DNA of 64,000 nt from Asterias rubens (taxonomy: Eukaryota): contig NC_047071.1 in NCBI RefSeq assembly GCF_902459465.1, positions 16,926,001 through 16,990,000 of the forward strand. Direction: 5' to 3'. A program made the position numbers and the translations under genes. The notes under the pieces were generated by a model. That model was not told the origin of the DNA. It saw only the letters and a program-made list of their open reading frames with translations, and did not search any database. The number at the start of each line of letters is the position of its first letter. Position 1 is the stretch's first letter. This document shows positions 48,764-63,229 of the stretch, one piece after another.

Positions 48764-48828
48764 CTTGGAATCGGGATTTTTACTCCTTGATTACAGCCCA
48801 AGATGTGTAGCAGTGACGTTCTCGTTTC

Positions 48829-48836
48829 GAAAAGGT
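48829..48836 (-). promoter_or_regulatory. Probable TCT initiator / 5' TOP start of EEF2
   Basis: ACCTTTTC about 70 nt upstream of the ATG-terminated exon 1. EEF2 is a known TOP mRNA in animals; the exact TSS is inferred. Confidence 0.6.
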
Positions 48837-51384
48837 CTACTCCGTCGTTTGCACATGTGTTGTGCAATTCGTCATTATAGTACACGTACATAAATATGTG
48901 TGTACGTAGGTACATTGCCTTTCGGGACTTGTCTGTGTGGTACGTATAAAACGTCCTTGAAAATAATGCTGTTGTAAATCCAGCAGGGGTAAAAATTTAC
49001 AAAGCGCTTGTATATCGTCAAATCTTTTTTTAAATTTTTACAATAACTTAAAACCTGTAAGTACCTGTAAGACCTGTAAAACAATTGGTGCACATTAGGT
49101 CTACACGTTAATAATTTTGTGATTTATATTCATGTTTCATGTTTTCTTTCTTTTAAACAAATAGGCTACATTAAAGGAACACGTTGCCTTGGATCGGTCG
49201 AGTTGGTCTTTGAAAATCGTTCTGTAACCGTTTGTTGTAAAATGTATATGGTTAGAAAGATATTGTAAAAGTAGAATACAATGATCTACACAAATATGCC
49301 TCAAAATTGCGTGGTTTTCTTTTTACCCTGTCGACTAACACGGTCGGCCATTTATGGGAGTCAAAATTTTGACTCCAAATGGCCGACCGTGATGGTTCGC
49401 GACGTATAAGAAAAACCGTGCAGTTTCGAGTGATACTTGTGTGGATCATTATATTCTACTTTTAAAGCATCTTTCTAACCATATGTATTTCATAACAAAC
49501 GGTTTCAAACGCTTTTAAAAGACCAACTCGTCCGATCCAAGGCAACGTTTCCTTTAATCACACTGGTTCAAAGTGGCTTGACTGGAATTCAACTATTCGG
49601 CACGAATATTTGGATGCGTGACAACTGGTGAGATATACCGTAACTTGGTTGATCCCAAAAACGGCGTATTAGCCCAAAGTGTCATGCAATTGGCTTGTTC
49701 TATGTTTGACTAATGTTATGTTCACTATATCTTAAGTAACAAGCGCCGGCACGAGTGGGATAAAATTCACTAAATAATTGTTACGGGCATAAAACTTTTA
49801 GAAAGTTTTGTGAAAGTTTAGTTTTTAGTGAGAAAGTAATTTCTCACTCAAATATTTCTCTTGCAATTTCCCGAGTCCCGACCAATTGAGTCAACACAGA
49901 TTTGTAAGTTAATAAAAAAGTGTTTTTTTCACGTTCATTAGCAAAGTCACTGTTGCCCATTCAAGTGATGATGGTGCGTGTCTCCAGAAATGAGCAGAAT
50001 TGTCCCGTGTATACCCCCACACTAGGTTTGGTGCTAGGGTAAACCTAGCCTATGTAGGGTGGTACCACTGTAACAATCTTGCAGACCACATCACACAAGA
50101 CGTATAGTCAGTCGGTGCAAACTGAAGACATCCATCCCAGCTTAGAAATTAGATTAGATGGACCGCAATCGGGGAAGTCACCGGACTGTGTGGTCGGTTT
50201 TAGATCAAGGCCGCTTGCTTGGTTGGCAGATGATGGCAACAATGTTGGCACTTGCCTCTTTGCTGCATGCGATGTTTCCATTCCAAAGCAAGGTCCACTC
50301 TGCCACTCAAGGCTCGTCAGCTGCCGAGACCCAAGGGAGAGGCCGCCTCCGGTTTTAACGAAAAAAGGGATACATTTTAAAGAACTCAGAAAAAATATAA
50401 ATGTGTTGGCCGGCCATAGAATAGGGGAGGAACCTCCTCATCTAACAAACTGATAAAGGCAATATACAAAAGGACAGGAAAAAGCAGGTTCACCCCTTTC
50501 ACTTGGCCGGCCGACACATATTGTAACTTCTAGAAGACAACGGGCTTGGCCTTAGTTTTTTGTTGTGTGAGATCTTTAGTATCTAGCACAAAAATGGGTC
50601 AGAGCATGGAAGTCTATCAGATCTAAGAGCCTTCTTGCCAGTCTTTGAATTTGCGGGAAGCAATTGGCATCACGTGCAGCACTATGCAGAAACAGACGAT
50701 CGACATACGTTAAAAATAAATAACAACAGTTTTTTGATTAAAATCAAAGTCATAATATTTGACAATAATGTTAATTTTGACTCCACACACGATTGTCATC
50801 TTTGGACGACGGTCCGAGTTAGAACACATAATCAATGTTACTACAATAAATATGTCATCAACCCCTAGAATGCTGCAGATTTGTGTAAAAGAAATTGTGT
50901 AAATTTAATATTGTTGATTATTTCTCTTTTTTCTTGGCGCTTGGCAAAAACACCCCCTCCGGATTGAGAATGGCGAGTCCGAATCGGCGTGACGCATTCA
51001 ATCGCCTACGTGGACTTGACTGTCTGCTGTGCGGTGGTGCATGAATCGAAACGCTGTCAAAATGGTATTGCGCAATACACTGGTAGACTGGCTAAAAATG
51101 TCAAAGTCTCACTTGTTTGTGAAATGGAGACAAATCTACATTTTAAAAACGGTGCTGAGTTGCAGAGAAACATAGAGGAAAGGGAACAAATATTTTTTTT
51201 TTAATTCGAGGTTAACATAAAATAGTTCCTCCAAACTATTTTTATTTTGGGGAAGTGCGGTCGCGTGTCGTCACTAAAACAAAACTACCATTGAAAACTT
51301 CTGTCACTTGAGGGCGCTAGACATACCGCATGCATCACATAAAACATTTCCTAAAATTTTGTCAAGATTACAGCGTTTGCAAGC

Positions 51385-54300
51385 ATGGATTCTTCAGAAT
51401 TGTCAGATGTGCTCCAGGAGTTCAAAAGCAAAACAAAATCTCCGGAAAATTTCATCAGGTAAGTTTTTTTGTTAAATTATAAATATATACTTTTTTAATA
51501 TAAATAAATTATAGCCTAAAAATAAATTATAATAAAGTTTGTCCGTTTTTCGTAAATTACTGTAATATAATATTGTTGTAACTTGTTTGTCACTAACCGT
51601 TTGTTTGTCGAGAAAAAAGTCTGCTGATTTATAATATTAATAATAATAGTGATACTGAGTGAAGATATGTCATTTATTAAATTAAATATAAAATAGTGAT
51701 AGGAAAAGTTTCGGAAAAGTTTCTGTATGGCACCACCACTTTTTCATTCAATATGAAATAATAACTATATTATAGTATCCAATTAGGATAACTTTCCGTA
51801 TGGCGCCACCACTTTTTCACTCATTTTTACAAAAAGGGATATCTCATTGAGGTAAATAAGATACTATATTATTTCATATCGAATGAAAAAGTGGTGGCGC
51901 CATACGGAAACTTTTCCTCCAATTAACCTCTATGATTATGAGATATCCCTTTTTGGAAAAATTTGTGAAAAAGTGGTGGCGAGGTGCGGAAAGTTATCCC
52001 TTTTTTCTTCAGGCTCTTTTTGTTAGCCTGGACTCTTGAGTTGAGGCGCTTGTTTGTATTTATACTGCTTGAGGCTGAGCACCAATCAACCACCCTTAGT
52101 TACGTAGCTTTATGTCCAAACTTATGCATGGATCCTGCAGAATAAACCAACGTCAACGTAAATGTAAACATGAGAAACGAGTCTTTCCCAACCCACTTTA
52201 CCAACGTCTTAAAATTAAATTTTATAGCATTCAAGATAAGTGACACTTATGAGCTTTTTTTTTAAGCTGTAATTTTTGTAAATGACGTTCAAAAAAAGAC
52301 CGTCAGGAGGATGGAGGGTTATGATAACTGCAACCTAGTAACTAGTTAGTAAACTAACATTGATTTTTCCCACAATGCAGCGCTCAACCAAGTCTAGTAT
52401 CGTCATTCAACCACTGCACCAAGAGACTGTTTGATTTAAGTCATCACTGTCAATATACGCAGAAAGCAGTTTCTTCCAATACGCTGACAAAACTGACAAC
52501 TGAGGGCTTAGACGCAGAACAGATCTGGGGGCAGATTCAATTAACCAATGGACCCCTTCTTAAGTACATAATTCATGACATTGCCAAGGCGCTAATAAAA
52601 CAACATGAGGTCACTCTATTAAGAACTCAAAATCAACCTTCGGAGGAGGAGGATGATAATGGAGATGAAAATGAGCAAGAGTACGACGGCAGCCAGGACC
52701 TCTTTGAAGATGCGGGGGAAAAGGGTCAAGTTTTACAAGACTCTGATGACTCTTCAGACCAGGACTCCGAGTTAGACTTTGATATCGCTAAGTTAGAGAC
52801 GCAGTCTAAGAAGAAGACGACACAGAAATCAAGTTCTCAGACACAACGGAAAGTATTTCAGGGCAGGACTTCCGTGGTGGATGACACCTTCTTCAAATTG
52901 TCCGAGATGGAGAAGTTCTTGGAGAAGGAGGATGCCAAAGAGGAGATACGGAGACGAAAGGAAGACGCTGGAGTCGGAGATGTTGGGAATGAGGAGGAGG
53001 AGGAGGAGGACTCAGATGTTGAGTCCATTGATTTGTTTGATGAGTTCCCCTCATCTGATGAGGATATGGAAGAGAGTGACAATGATGAAAATACTGAGGT
53101 AAGGCGTTTTTTAAAGTAAGCTTGGGCGATATCACGATATTATCGAATATCGCGATATTAATTTGGAAATGATTTCGATATCGGATGGATTTGGTTTTAA
53201 TCGAAATATCGATATATCGCGATATATAGCGATAATCGCGATATATCGTGATATCGATTAAATATCGCGATGTATTTGCTAGCTGAGACACCTTGCACCC
53301 CATAGGTTTGGAGTAAAACCAGAAGAATAGGTCATTAGAACACCTCTCTTATGCTAGGACTCTCTCTTCTACAACTTTCACTTGGAGTTTGAAGACTGAT
53401 GATGTCAAATTTAATTAATCGCGATTACATCGAATATCGCGATATATTGTCGGCGATATATCGTGAATAAAATAAATCGATATCGCCCAAGCTTATTTTA
53501 AAGGGAAGTTTATTGACTAGTAATTGCTCTTAAAATTAATGGCAATAAAAACAATTGGTTAGAAGCCTACATTAGTCTTCCATGGTTCGTGTATAAAGCA
53601 TTTTTAGAAACATTTCACTTTGAAATAATGTGGTTTCGTAAAAAGATATCATTTTTATGCTAAAAAATGTGACTCTCAGATTGTGTATTTTCTTTAACTC
53701 TATTTTGTAATTATGAGATGCTTCTTTCGATCGCTCTTTGGTTGTTTTGGCAGGTATTGGCGCTTTAAAAGTTTCCATTATTATGATTATTATATTATAT
53801 TGAACAGGGGATTGAACAGGGGAAGAGTGCCAAAAACTTGGTTTATGACGACTTCTTTGGATCAGGAGGAGACAACGCCGAAAAACAGAGAAAACCTCCC
53901 AAGAAGAAGAGCGTACATTTTGAGGAATCAGACTTTGAAGATGAACTCGATGAGGAAGAAGAAGATTTGTCTGAATGGAGGTCAGTTTTGACAAGGGATG
54001 TGGCTTTAATAACCAAACATATTTAAACTTATATGTCTGGTCTAACAATGTCGTATCACACAAGAAAATACTCAATAAAAAAACTTTGTATACCGGAACA
54101 TGCTATTTGAGGCGATATACAACAGTTTTCACAATTTCAAAAAGTGTTATTTTTTAAGGAGATAGTGACACAACGATTGTGACACAACGATTTGTTCACT
54201 AGAAATATATCCATTTTTTTGCAGAGATAAATCTGATGATGAGGAGGACAAGGAAGATGAGGAGGAAGATGAGGAAGGAGATGAGGATAGTGAAGATGGA

Positions 54301-57300
54301 GAAGATGCTAGTGACATTCTTGGAGGAAAACCCACAGAAGGCATGTCAACATTCGAGAAAAGACAAGAAAAGGTAATTGTAGGTGCCTCAATGAGAGTGG
54401 CAAACTGGATGAGCCACCAGCTGTGCTCAATTGTAATCAAATTTGGGGCCAATGTTTGTAGAGATAAGGTTCTCAACCTTGGTCAGTTTCTTCTATGGTA
54501 ATCTGAGAACAGAATGAAAGTGTGGCGTAGGTTTTTGCTGTTTTCTCAGCAAGTAAGTACTGCACTCAGTGGAAACTTTTTTATGTAACTTTTTTAAAAT
54601 CTTTTCTTTAAATCAGCATTACATCGGCAAAAAACAATCAATGACCCATACCTTTAATATTTGAGTCCAGTTCGATTTTACCCAAAGTCACTTCAGCGAT
54701 TATGCAAATTGTTTAATTTTGTTTTCTTTGTGGACCGTAGCTGAAGCAAAAGATAGAGCAGCTTGAAGAGGCCAACATGGTAACCAAACCATGGCAACTG
54801 TCTGGTGAGGTGCGCAGTAGTAAGCGGCCAGAGAACAGTCTGCTGGCGGAGTCACTCGACTTTGAGGTCACAAGTAAACCAGGTAAGATTAAAAAATAAT
54901 AATGTCGTGGGATTCCTTTAATGACTGTTAGCACGAGGTAAGTTGTACAATCAAGCAATGAACAGTTACTTCTCTACCGATACTATTTATACATCTGTTC
55001 TGGAAGGTGCCAGACAATCAATTTCCGCACCATGCAAAGCTTTAAACAATATTACTTCCCATTACAGGTCAGGTTATTCACATTTACAATTGGAATGCAT
55101 CATTATGCTGCCTTCAATAATATTACGGCACTCAACTTGTCAACAGAGGGGGGTAGTGTAGAAGGGGAGGGGGGCAAGGACATTTTTATTTTGCAAGGGG
55201 CACTTCCATTGGAAAATATTAATGTATATGTGAAGTTTCTGAAAGGGCACCAAGACCAGGGGCAACAGAGGCCTGCATGGCCTCCGTGCATTTCCAGGCC
55301 TGTAACGATGTTATTGATTTGTATTACCTGCACAGCGCCTGTGATCACAGAGGAGACCACACAAGCCCTGGAGGACATCATCCGTCAACGCATCCTCGAC
55401 CACGCCTGGGACGATGTAGAAAGGAAACAGAGACGCAAGGAGGAGGCGTACGAGTTCAAGAAACGCATCACGCTCGACCAGGAGAAGAGCAAACTGAGTC
55501 TGGCCGAGATTTATGAGAAAGAGTACCTCAAGCAATCGGAGGTATGAGGGTTTTGATGTTTTGTTTGTGGGTATCAATTTATGTTGTGCAGAAAGATGTC
55601 TGAAGAGCCTCGTAGAGGGTCATTGGGGCAGGTTTGAGGTTTATAGTCCGCCATTGTTTTTGTATGTAGATAGTTACACCTGGTCTATGATTGCTTCTCT
55701 TCATCCAGGGTTTAATAGGGGTACCAGAGGGCAGAGATGGTTCTTGTGATTGATTTAGCTTGGTGCGCTACAGATTTGGCAGAACAGGCTGTTAACTCCC
55801 CAGGGAGCTGAGATGGTTGAAGGAATAAAAAAAAGTCTCGGTGACCAGGGTGGGATAATAATATTGGAGCACCATGACCGTCACAAGGTGACGGATAAGA
55901 GCGCAAAGAAGCCACTGTTATTATCATTGTTACACGAAAGAACCCATTGCACTTAACGAAAAGGGGTTCACCCCTGTGTTCCTGGTGGGATTGACAGCGT
56001 ATGTAAACCTTTACATGGTTTCTTGAGAGCAGTCTGTCTTATACTTCAAAGAATGTAGCTGCACAATACATTGAAGGAAAATACTGACTGTCATGCGCCT
56101 TGAGCGTCACCAAGTGACTAATATAAGCGCTAGATAAGAAGCCACTATTATTTATTTGATTATTAAATGGTATGATGTGGTTTTGGTGTTTGCAGCAAAA
56201 CAAGGAAGAGGAGGAGAACCCCGCCCATGTTGAGATCAAGAAGATGATGGAGTCTCTGTTTGTGAAGTTGGACGCTTTAACCAACTTCCACTTCATGCCA
56301 AAGCCAGTAAGTTCATATTGAATTGTGGAAAAGTCATTTCCAAGTCTCTAACTCTTTAGAGATCTATCTTTTTTTGAATAATCAGCACCATATATGATGC
56401 AATCAAGCAAAATGAGTCGTTTGTTGACGCGGGTAATTTTTTTATTTGGTCATAAGTTTGAAAAGAGCATAATCGATGCTTTAATACTGTTGGACAACTT
56501 CACTTTTGTAAATGGGAACCATGTGCTATTTTTCGGTCTGTCGTCACCTTGAGATTGGGCTACATTGTGTATCTACGCCTGTTTGCTGTTTTGTAATCAC
56601 CTTGTAAAACTAAAAAGACAACTTGCCAAACTTCGAGGGCTGTTGCAGGTGGTTTTAGGAGTAACAGGCAGGGTGGTTAAAATTTTCCACTTTTCATCAT
56701 TGTTTGTGCATAATATTCAACATCAAATTTTTATTGAATAATAACCTTTTTTTTATGATATTCAGATTTTAGCCGAGGTGAAGATTGTTCCGAACGTTGC
56801 ATCTATCACAATGGAGGAGGTTGCCCCAATTACGGCCACAGATGCATCACTACTTGCTCCTGAAGAGATACAGGTAAGATAGACATTGCATTGGAGTATC
56901 TCACTTTGCTTTCCGTTGGAGGCGTGTTGTGGCCGAGCGGATAAGTGCACCGGACTCAAGCTCTGATATTTCTGTTCAGCAGAGTGTAGGTTTGAGTCCT
57001 GGCAAACAGTTTTGTCCCATGTGTTGTACTATCTGTAAAAGACCTAGTGTACATGTAGTTATCAAAAAGAAAAGGGGTCCGCCCCTGGTTTGATTGGCTG
57101 CATATAGCGCCGTAGCACCTTGTAAACCATTACATTGTGCTATGTGAAGGAATTGGTCGCATACTTCAAAAACGTAGCTCCACAATGCCTTGCAGGAAAT
57201 TACTAAGTTTTGAAGCACCTTGAGCATATCATATAGAAATGACTTATACAACAACATAGTGGATTTAGGTTACTGAGGTTACAACAGAACGCACAAACAG

Positions 57301-58415
57301 GGATGAAACAAGACCAACAACAAAGCAAATGCTCCCAAAAGAGTAAAGAACAGAACAAGAAGGTAAATCATAACTATAGAAACTTGTCTACACAAGCAGA
57401 AGTAAGGGTAAATTGACGTAGGGCTAAAAACCAAACTCAAATTAACTACACTTTGCCATTTTCAATATCGGTATGTAGGAAAAACCCAAGGTAGACCTGA
57501 AGGGTGATTCTGAGAAGACCTCAACGGACAAGAAACAAGCGCTCCGCAAGAAGAAAAAGACTCAGAGGGTCCGGGCGAGGGACCAGGAGAAGAAGCAGAG
57601 AGCGGTGGAGAAACTACAACCTGGCCTCGGGAATAAGTACAGCATGAAGGGCGCCCTCAAGAAACTAGAACAAGACAGCAAAATGCCTTCCAGTAAAACC
57701 ACTTTCATTAAGGTAACTAACAATTCGTTTGTCCCCAACAATAAACATTTTCATGCATGTAAATACTAGCACATCAACTGTATCTGATCTACCCTTTCTC
57801 AACTGTAACTGTATGAGTTTTGTGGCTGAGAGGTCCAGTGCACTGGACTCAAAAGCTGGTGTTCTCAGGAGTGTGAGTTTGAGTCCCGGCCAGTAAGGCA
57901 GCCCGGTCAGTGCACCTATTGCTAAGAGAAGGGGTTTGTTGAGGTGTTTCTGGCGTGGGTATCTGCAGAAAGCACTGTACCATCTTCTAAAACAAGGTGT
58001 TGTAGAATTGATTCACATAATTCACACGGTAAAATAATACTCGCTTTGAGACGCCTGTATGTAAGCGCTATATAATAACGGAGTATTATTCTTAAATATT
58101 TCTTGTGGTGGGACCAAGGATGCCTCAAAATTGAACTGTTTCTCAGAAGCCTGAGGAAATCCAAAAACAAGGATGCTTCTATAAACAAGAAACACAAGAT
58201 TGAATCCTCATTTCTGTGAATTTAAAGATATCTTTTTTTTCATCATTCTGCTTGTTTTCTCTTTTCAGAGTAAGAGTGGAGCAGAGAAGTCTCTGACCTC
58301 TTCCAAGACTTTCTTTGGTCGTCTCCAAGATGAAGTCAGCTCGGAACTCAAAGGAGTCAAGAAGAAGAGAAAAACTCCACAGCAGACACTCTCAAGCAAG
58401 AAACTCAAACTCTAA
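51385..58415 (+). CDS. MPHOSPH10: U3 snoRNP protein MPP10 (SSU processome)
   Basis: Ten exons in frame: 51385-51458, 52381-53098, 53808-53980, 54225-54372, 54741-54882, 55336-55541, 56196-56306, 56766-56873, 57479-57712, 58269-58415. Motifs [11 protein letters not shown], acidic tracts, [100 protein letters not shown]. Confidence 0.96.
51713..52000. mobile_element. Self-nested about 132-bp MITE: full copy 51786-51917 inside an oppositely oriented copy
   Basis: The inner copy is flanked by the 8-bp direct repeat TCCAATTA (51778-51785 and 51918-51925). TIR GGA(T/A)AA(C/G)TTTCCGTATGGCGCCACCACTTTTTCA. Confidence 0.75.
53117..53495. mobile_element. CpG-rich hAT-type MITE in MPP10 intron 2
   Basis: TIR TAAGCTTGGGCGATA/TATCGCCCAAGCTTA, perfect 8-bp TSD TTTTAAAG, many subterminal CGATAT/ATATCG motifs. 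Confidence 0.85.
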
Positions 58416-61400
58416 TATCCACTGGAAATCGCCAACAGAGACTACAGCAATCCACCTTGGAATATCAGTATATCCTCTTCACAAAGCGTTTGGCACTCCA
58501 GGGCGGTTTGGCATTTTGGATCTTTCCACTTCATTTTCAAAGAATTGCTCAGCCTTAATTTATGTTTCCATCTTTAGGCAGTGCCAATCTCTCTCTTTTT
58601 GACCAATTTAAAGCGTTGCTTGGGAGAGTGGACATGAATAATTTGGAGCTTTATAAAAACAAATGTCACTTATGTCAAGGAGGGATTTACAAATGGTGCA
58701 CACAGTTTAGTATGGTACAGACACTATTGCTTGATACTAGGTTTTGTATTCATCACTGGCTGGTTCGGAGGGACTGGGGCAAGTCTACGAATCTAATTGT
58801 GTTGGTTTTGATCCAGTAATTCGAGATGCGATATCGGAGACTACGTTCAACATAATGCACATCACAAATCAAGAATGTTAGAAGTATTGAGGGTTTAGAA
58901 TAAACAACACAAGAATGTCATGTATAGAAGAATTTAGGAAGAAGTTTAAATTTTATTGAGTCCTCAACTCTGCTTTTTGGAAGTACAGACTGTTATATCA
59001 TGGTTTCGAGGGACACAATTAAAACATTGAAATTCCAAGCTTAAAATAAAATTGCTAAATTAGATTTTAAAATGATTTGAAAACGTGTTAAATATGTGGA
59101 GAGAAACAATCATGATATTTCCTTTTGATATTAAAAACAAATGAATTTTACTCTCTGTTGTTATTTACTCTTTTCCTGTTTACAAAAGCTCGTCTCATTC
59201 ATTGACTATTTTGAAAAACATGTTTATGTTTTTTAATAGATGTCTAAATTGCATCAAGGTTAGTTTGTTTGTTTGTTTGTTTAGATGATCTTCACGACAG
59301 AGAACTCGGCAATCTCCCTCATACAAACATTGGTTCAAAGTCTTTGATAATGAATTGCACAAATCAATAAACTGTGATTTGGTAACTAGATGACACTTAT
59401 TCTAGTCATTGTAAAATCAGCGGTTAGATTGGGGATTCGAACCCCAAACCTTGCAAATGCAAATTACCACAATAGAGACATTTTGATTTCAGGTACTGTG
59501 CTGAATGTCTACATGATTGTTCCACAGGAAAAAATACAACAGCGTTTTAACCTAGCAGTGCCCTATTCCAACCATGTGCCATGCCATGCATTTTAGTATG
59601 TGAATAACTAATTTCTTTTATAGAAATTGCAAAGAAAATTCTACAATTGGCGACTGCAGTAAACATATACACAACTTCAAAGTTGACCTCACAGTGGTTT
59701 TGGTCACAACTTGAAGTTGAAAGGTCATTTTAAGGTCATTTAAAAGGTCATGTGGTGACGTAATCCAAAATGCATTGATGTCACACTGGCGCCATTTTAG
59801 CGATAAAACGCTGATGACATGATGGAAAACGCCCAACACAGAGAATGGGGCATGAGCCACCTCATTTTGACTTCTGCATGAGGGCGCCCTACTGTTGCGA
59901 CATGTGTACATATCGTCTAACATGCCGATTTATAAGTCAGGGCTCAGTTTCATAAGGCTGTTAAGCAGCAAAATTCTGCTTAGCAAATTTCTTAATTAAG
60001 CAAAAAGAAACGTGGCACATGCGTAGCAATGATATTAACTGTACTTGGTGTTCTTGCTGGTAAGCTATTTTTGCTAAGCCAATTTGTTTGTGCTAAGCAA
60101 GTTTTTATGGCTTACAGGCTTCATGAAATTAGACCAAGTTCTGGACACTAATCAGGCGAAGTTAATAAATATCTATGGAATCCAAGTATTGCTTTGGGGC
60201 ATACAGATTAAATCTGAAAGTAATAAAAAAATTAACTACCCAGTAATACTACTAATAAAACTCTGCAAGTACTGTGTAATATGATACAAAACAAATATAA
60301 ACATAATATTTACAACAAAACCCTTCACTCATGCACTTAACTGTGCAATAAAATATACAGAACAATACGCAAATTTATGCAAAATTATGCAAAGCTGTAT
60401 GTTAACAGAAATTGCTCAAAACTTTCAGAGGGTTGTCACAAAGTCACAATAATTTTTCATTTCCATTTTTTTGCTTCTTGTTTGAGTACATGGCAAAAAA
60501 ACTCAATCTGCTAGTTTACCAAACAGCCAAGAACTAAAGCAGTGTCCCAATTTACGGCTACGGCTTGAATGCCACATGAGAAAGTGTTAAAGCATAGGAG
60601 GTCAATAGCAACTCCCTAAGCAACAGCCGCAGCCACCAGTTTGGACACGGCTTAACCTGGAAAATTCAATGAAAAATGTTGCTCGTAAATTGTGTACATT
60701 ATAAAAGTCATATATATGTTTATGTAATAAATTTTCCACATAATGTAGGGATTATTTCTATTGCCAGGCCACAGGCAATAGTAAAAATTTAAAAAAATTC
60801 CAAACATGATTTTGTCTAAAAATGACAGCATTTGAACTCAATCAGCAGTTGAACCCTTACTTTAAAACAAGTAAGATTCTGGCTTTCAAAAAAAAAAAAT
60901 TAACACAGACCTGGCCATTAAGCTGTTTAGCAAATAATGCTATAAGCACTTTTTTTTTTGCTAAGCAGATTATGCAGGGATATAACTCACAAGGGAACTG
61001 ATATGGTTTGAGGAATGAAATAAATGGCCCAGTGACCAGGAGTAATATTGTTGGAGCACTTAGCCTCTCCGAGTGCCAGATATGACCGCTACATACAAAC
61101 CAATTATTAATTGAATTATTATGACCCGACAAAATCTAACTTCTTCAGGGGCAGAAACAAATTTGTTTACTGGAATTTGGGCCCCTGTCTTTCACAAAAA
61201 ATGAGTGTTCGGCATGCACTGTTGAATGCTTGGTATTTTGCTTATTACTTTACAAATTCTGCTGAAAAATCCAGGTTTTTTCGGTATTCACTGTTGTGTA
61301 GATTTATAGCCACAAGCTCAACACAAAATGTACAGAAGCATCTTTAAAAGTATATTTACAATCATTGGTAAACTGCTTTAGTACTAGTCATTGATATCAA

Positions 61401-63229
61401 TATAATTGGGAAATTGGCCATGTAGGCCCTATCTATTGCATCGCAAACAAATGTGCACATTTTGTTTGCTACACATCTAGGAAATTTTTTGTGTTTTTGA
61501 GTAAAATATCAAATAAAAAAAATAAAAATTGAAGTAAATCTGATGACATATAACCAAACAAAGATGTTATACAGAAGCTGTTATGCAGAAAAAACTGCTT
61601 AGCAAATTTCATTGCTAAATGAGTGGGGCACCAGGCGCAACAATGTTAACTATTTGGAGTTTCAGCTTGTAACCCGTTCCTGGTAAGCAAGATTTTTCTG
61701 TGCTTATCAAGTTTTTGTGCTTACAGGCGTTATGAAATCGATCCAATGATATTTCTCCTGTAGACTGTTTTCAATGGTATCATAATTCACCATTGCTTCG
61801 TCCTTCGGATGGGATGTTACGCCGTTGGTCCCATGTGCACTTATCGAAAAAGAGAAGGGATTTGCCCCGGTGTTTCTGGTCCGATTGGCAGCAAATTGCG
61901 CCACAGCACCTTGTAAAACATTACATGGTGCTGTCAGAATTAGGTCTCATAATTCAAACGTAGTCCCACATCTTGCAGGAAATACTATTTGTTACAGCGC
62001 CAGGAGCGTCGCTGAGTGACGGACATGCGTACTATATAAAAAGCCACAATTATTATTATTATTATTTATTAGCAACCCCAGGAGTTTCCAAACTTTGGTT
62101 TACTATGCACATGTACAATACACGTTTGTGCAGTTCTAGAAACATGAGAAGGGTGGTTCAAAAGGCAACTTTGGATCGCTAGGTGGCAGCAGACTTACCA
62201 GGTAAATGTCAATTGTTTACATAGTTCTGAGCAAGCGCACATTACCAAGAACAATGTAATTTACCTGGTAAGTCTGCTGCCACCAAGCGTCCCGAAAGTC
62301 CGCTGTTGGCGTAGTGTGGTTAAGAATGTAGAGGTATTGTCCTTGCCTTCCACCTTTCGGACCCTGGTTTGAATCCTAATGGCAGCACTATGTGGGTTTT
62401 GTTTTCAGTCCCTGACCTTGGTTTGCCCTGCAATAATTTCTCCGGGGTTTTCCTCCAACAAACTGAAACATTCCTTCTTTGTCTTCTCTCTTTAGGGTTC
62501 TTGTCTAGTATAGGTCGACCTTTATCACGGTGTGGCCATCTTGATTTTACTCCATTCTAACTCATTGTAACCTAACTAATAGTCTGGTGCCATGTTTGCG
62601 CAATGAATGTTAGCATTCATCACTGTTATTGGGAAAAAAGGAATATGATCAAGATGATGACAGCATGATAAAGGTAGACAGTGATTAAAGTCAGCTTTGC
62701 TGAGAATCCTGGGCTTCACAACCAGAATAAATAAATTAAAAAACAGGCCTAAATAATAGATAAATAATTCCTAGAATAGTGATGCCATCTAAGAAAAGTC
62801 TTCGTGGCATCCATCCTTACGAACCCTGGTTGCAAATACATCCAAGTATATAGAGTAAAACATTGTTTTACATTTCATTAACCATTACTTTAAATCCATT
62901 ATAAAGTATATACTGTACCCAATTTAAAATACCATCAAAAGTCAACCTACACACAAGCACACAAAAATGTGTATATAACTCGGACCGTTTGCAACAATTA
63001 TTTCACATCATGCCATTATGTCAGTTTTGACTCAAAAAAGGTCAAAATGTATACAAACAAATGGTTCAGAGCAAAAAATGTTGAATAATATTGAATAAAT
63101 AAAAAAGAAAAGATGACTGTAAAAAAGCTTGTACCTCATTGTGGGTAAACAAGGGGTGGGGTTCATTTCGTAAATAGCAAAACCCTTTCATGAACAGGCG
63201 AAGTTGGTGCAGCCTGCAGTGCCTCCATG

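Noticed and set aside
50101-50180. Second hammerhead (CTGAAGA...GGAA)
   Set aside because: Stem II does not close directly onto GAAA, and there is no stem I partner.
50165-50360. RNase MRP-like motif GGGGAAGTCACCGGAC
   Set aside because: No downstream CR-V able to pair as P4 and no GARAR-loop P8.
50405-50520. HDV-like ribozyme suggested by GGCCGGC...CCTCCTC
   Set aside because: No P3/L3 adjacent to the P1 3' strand; simpler as an inverted repeat.
52858-54476. Minus-strand ORFs over MPP10
   Set aside because: Antisense to acidic exons or derived from the palindromic hAT MITE.
56925-57010. tRNA gene
   Set aside because: A and B boxes belong to a dispersed SINE head; no cloverleaf. The same applies to the other copies.
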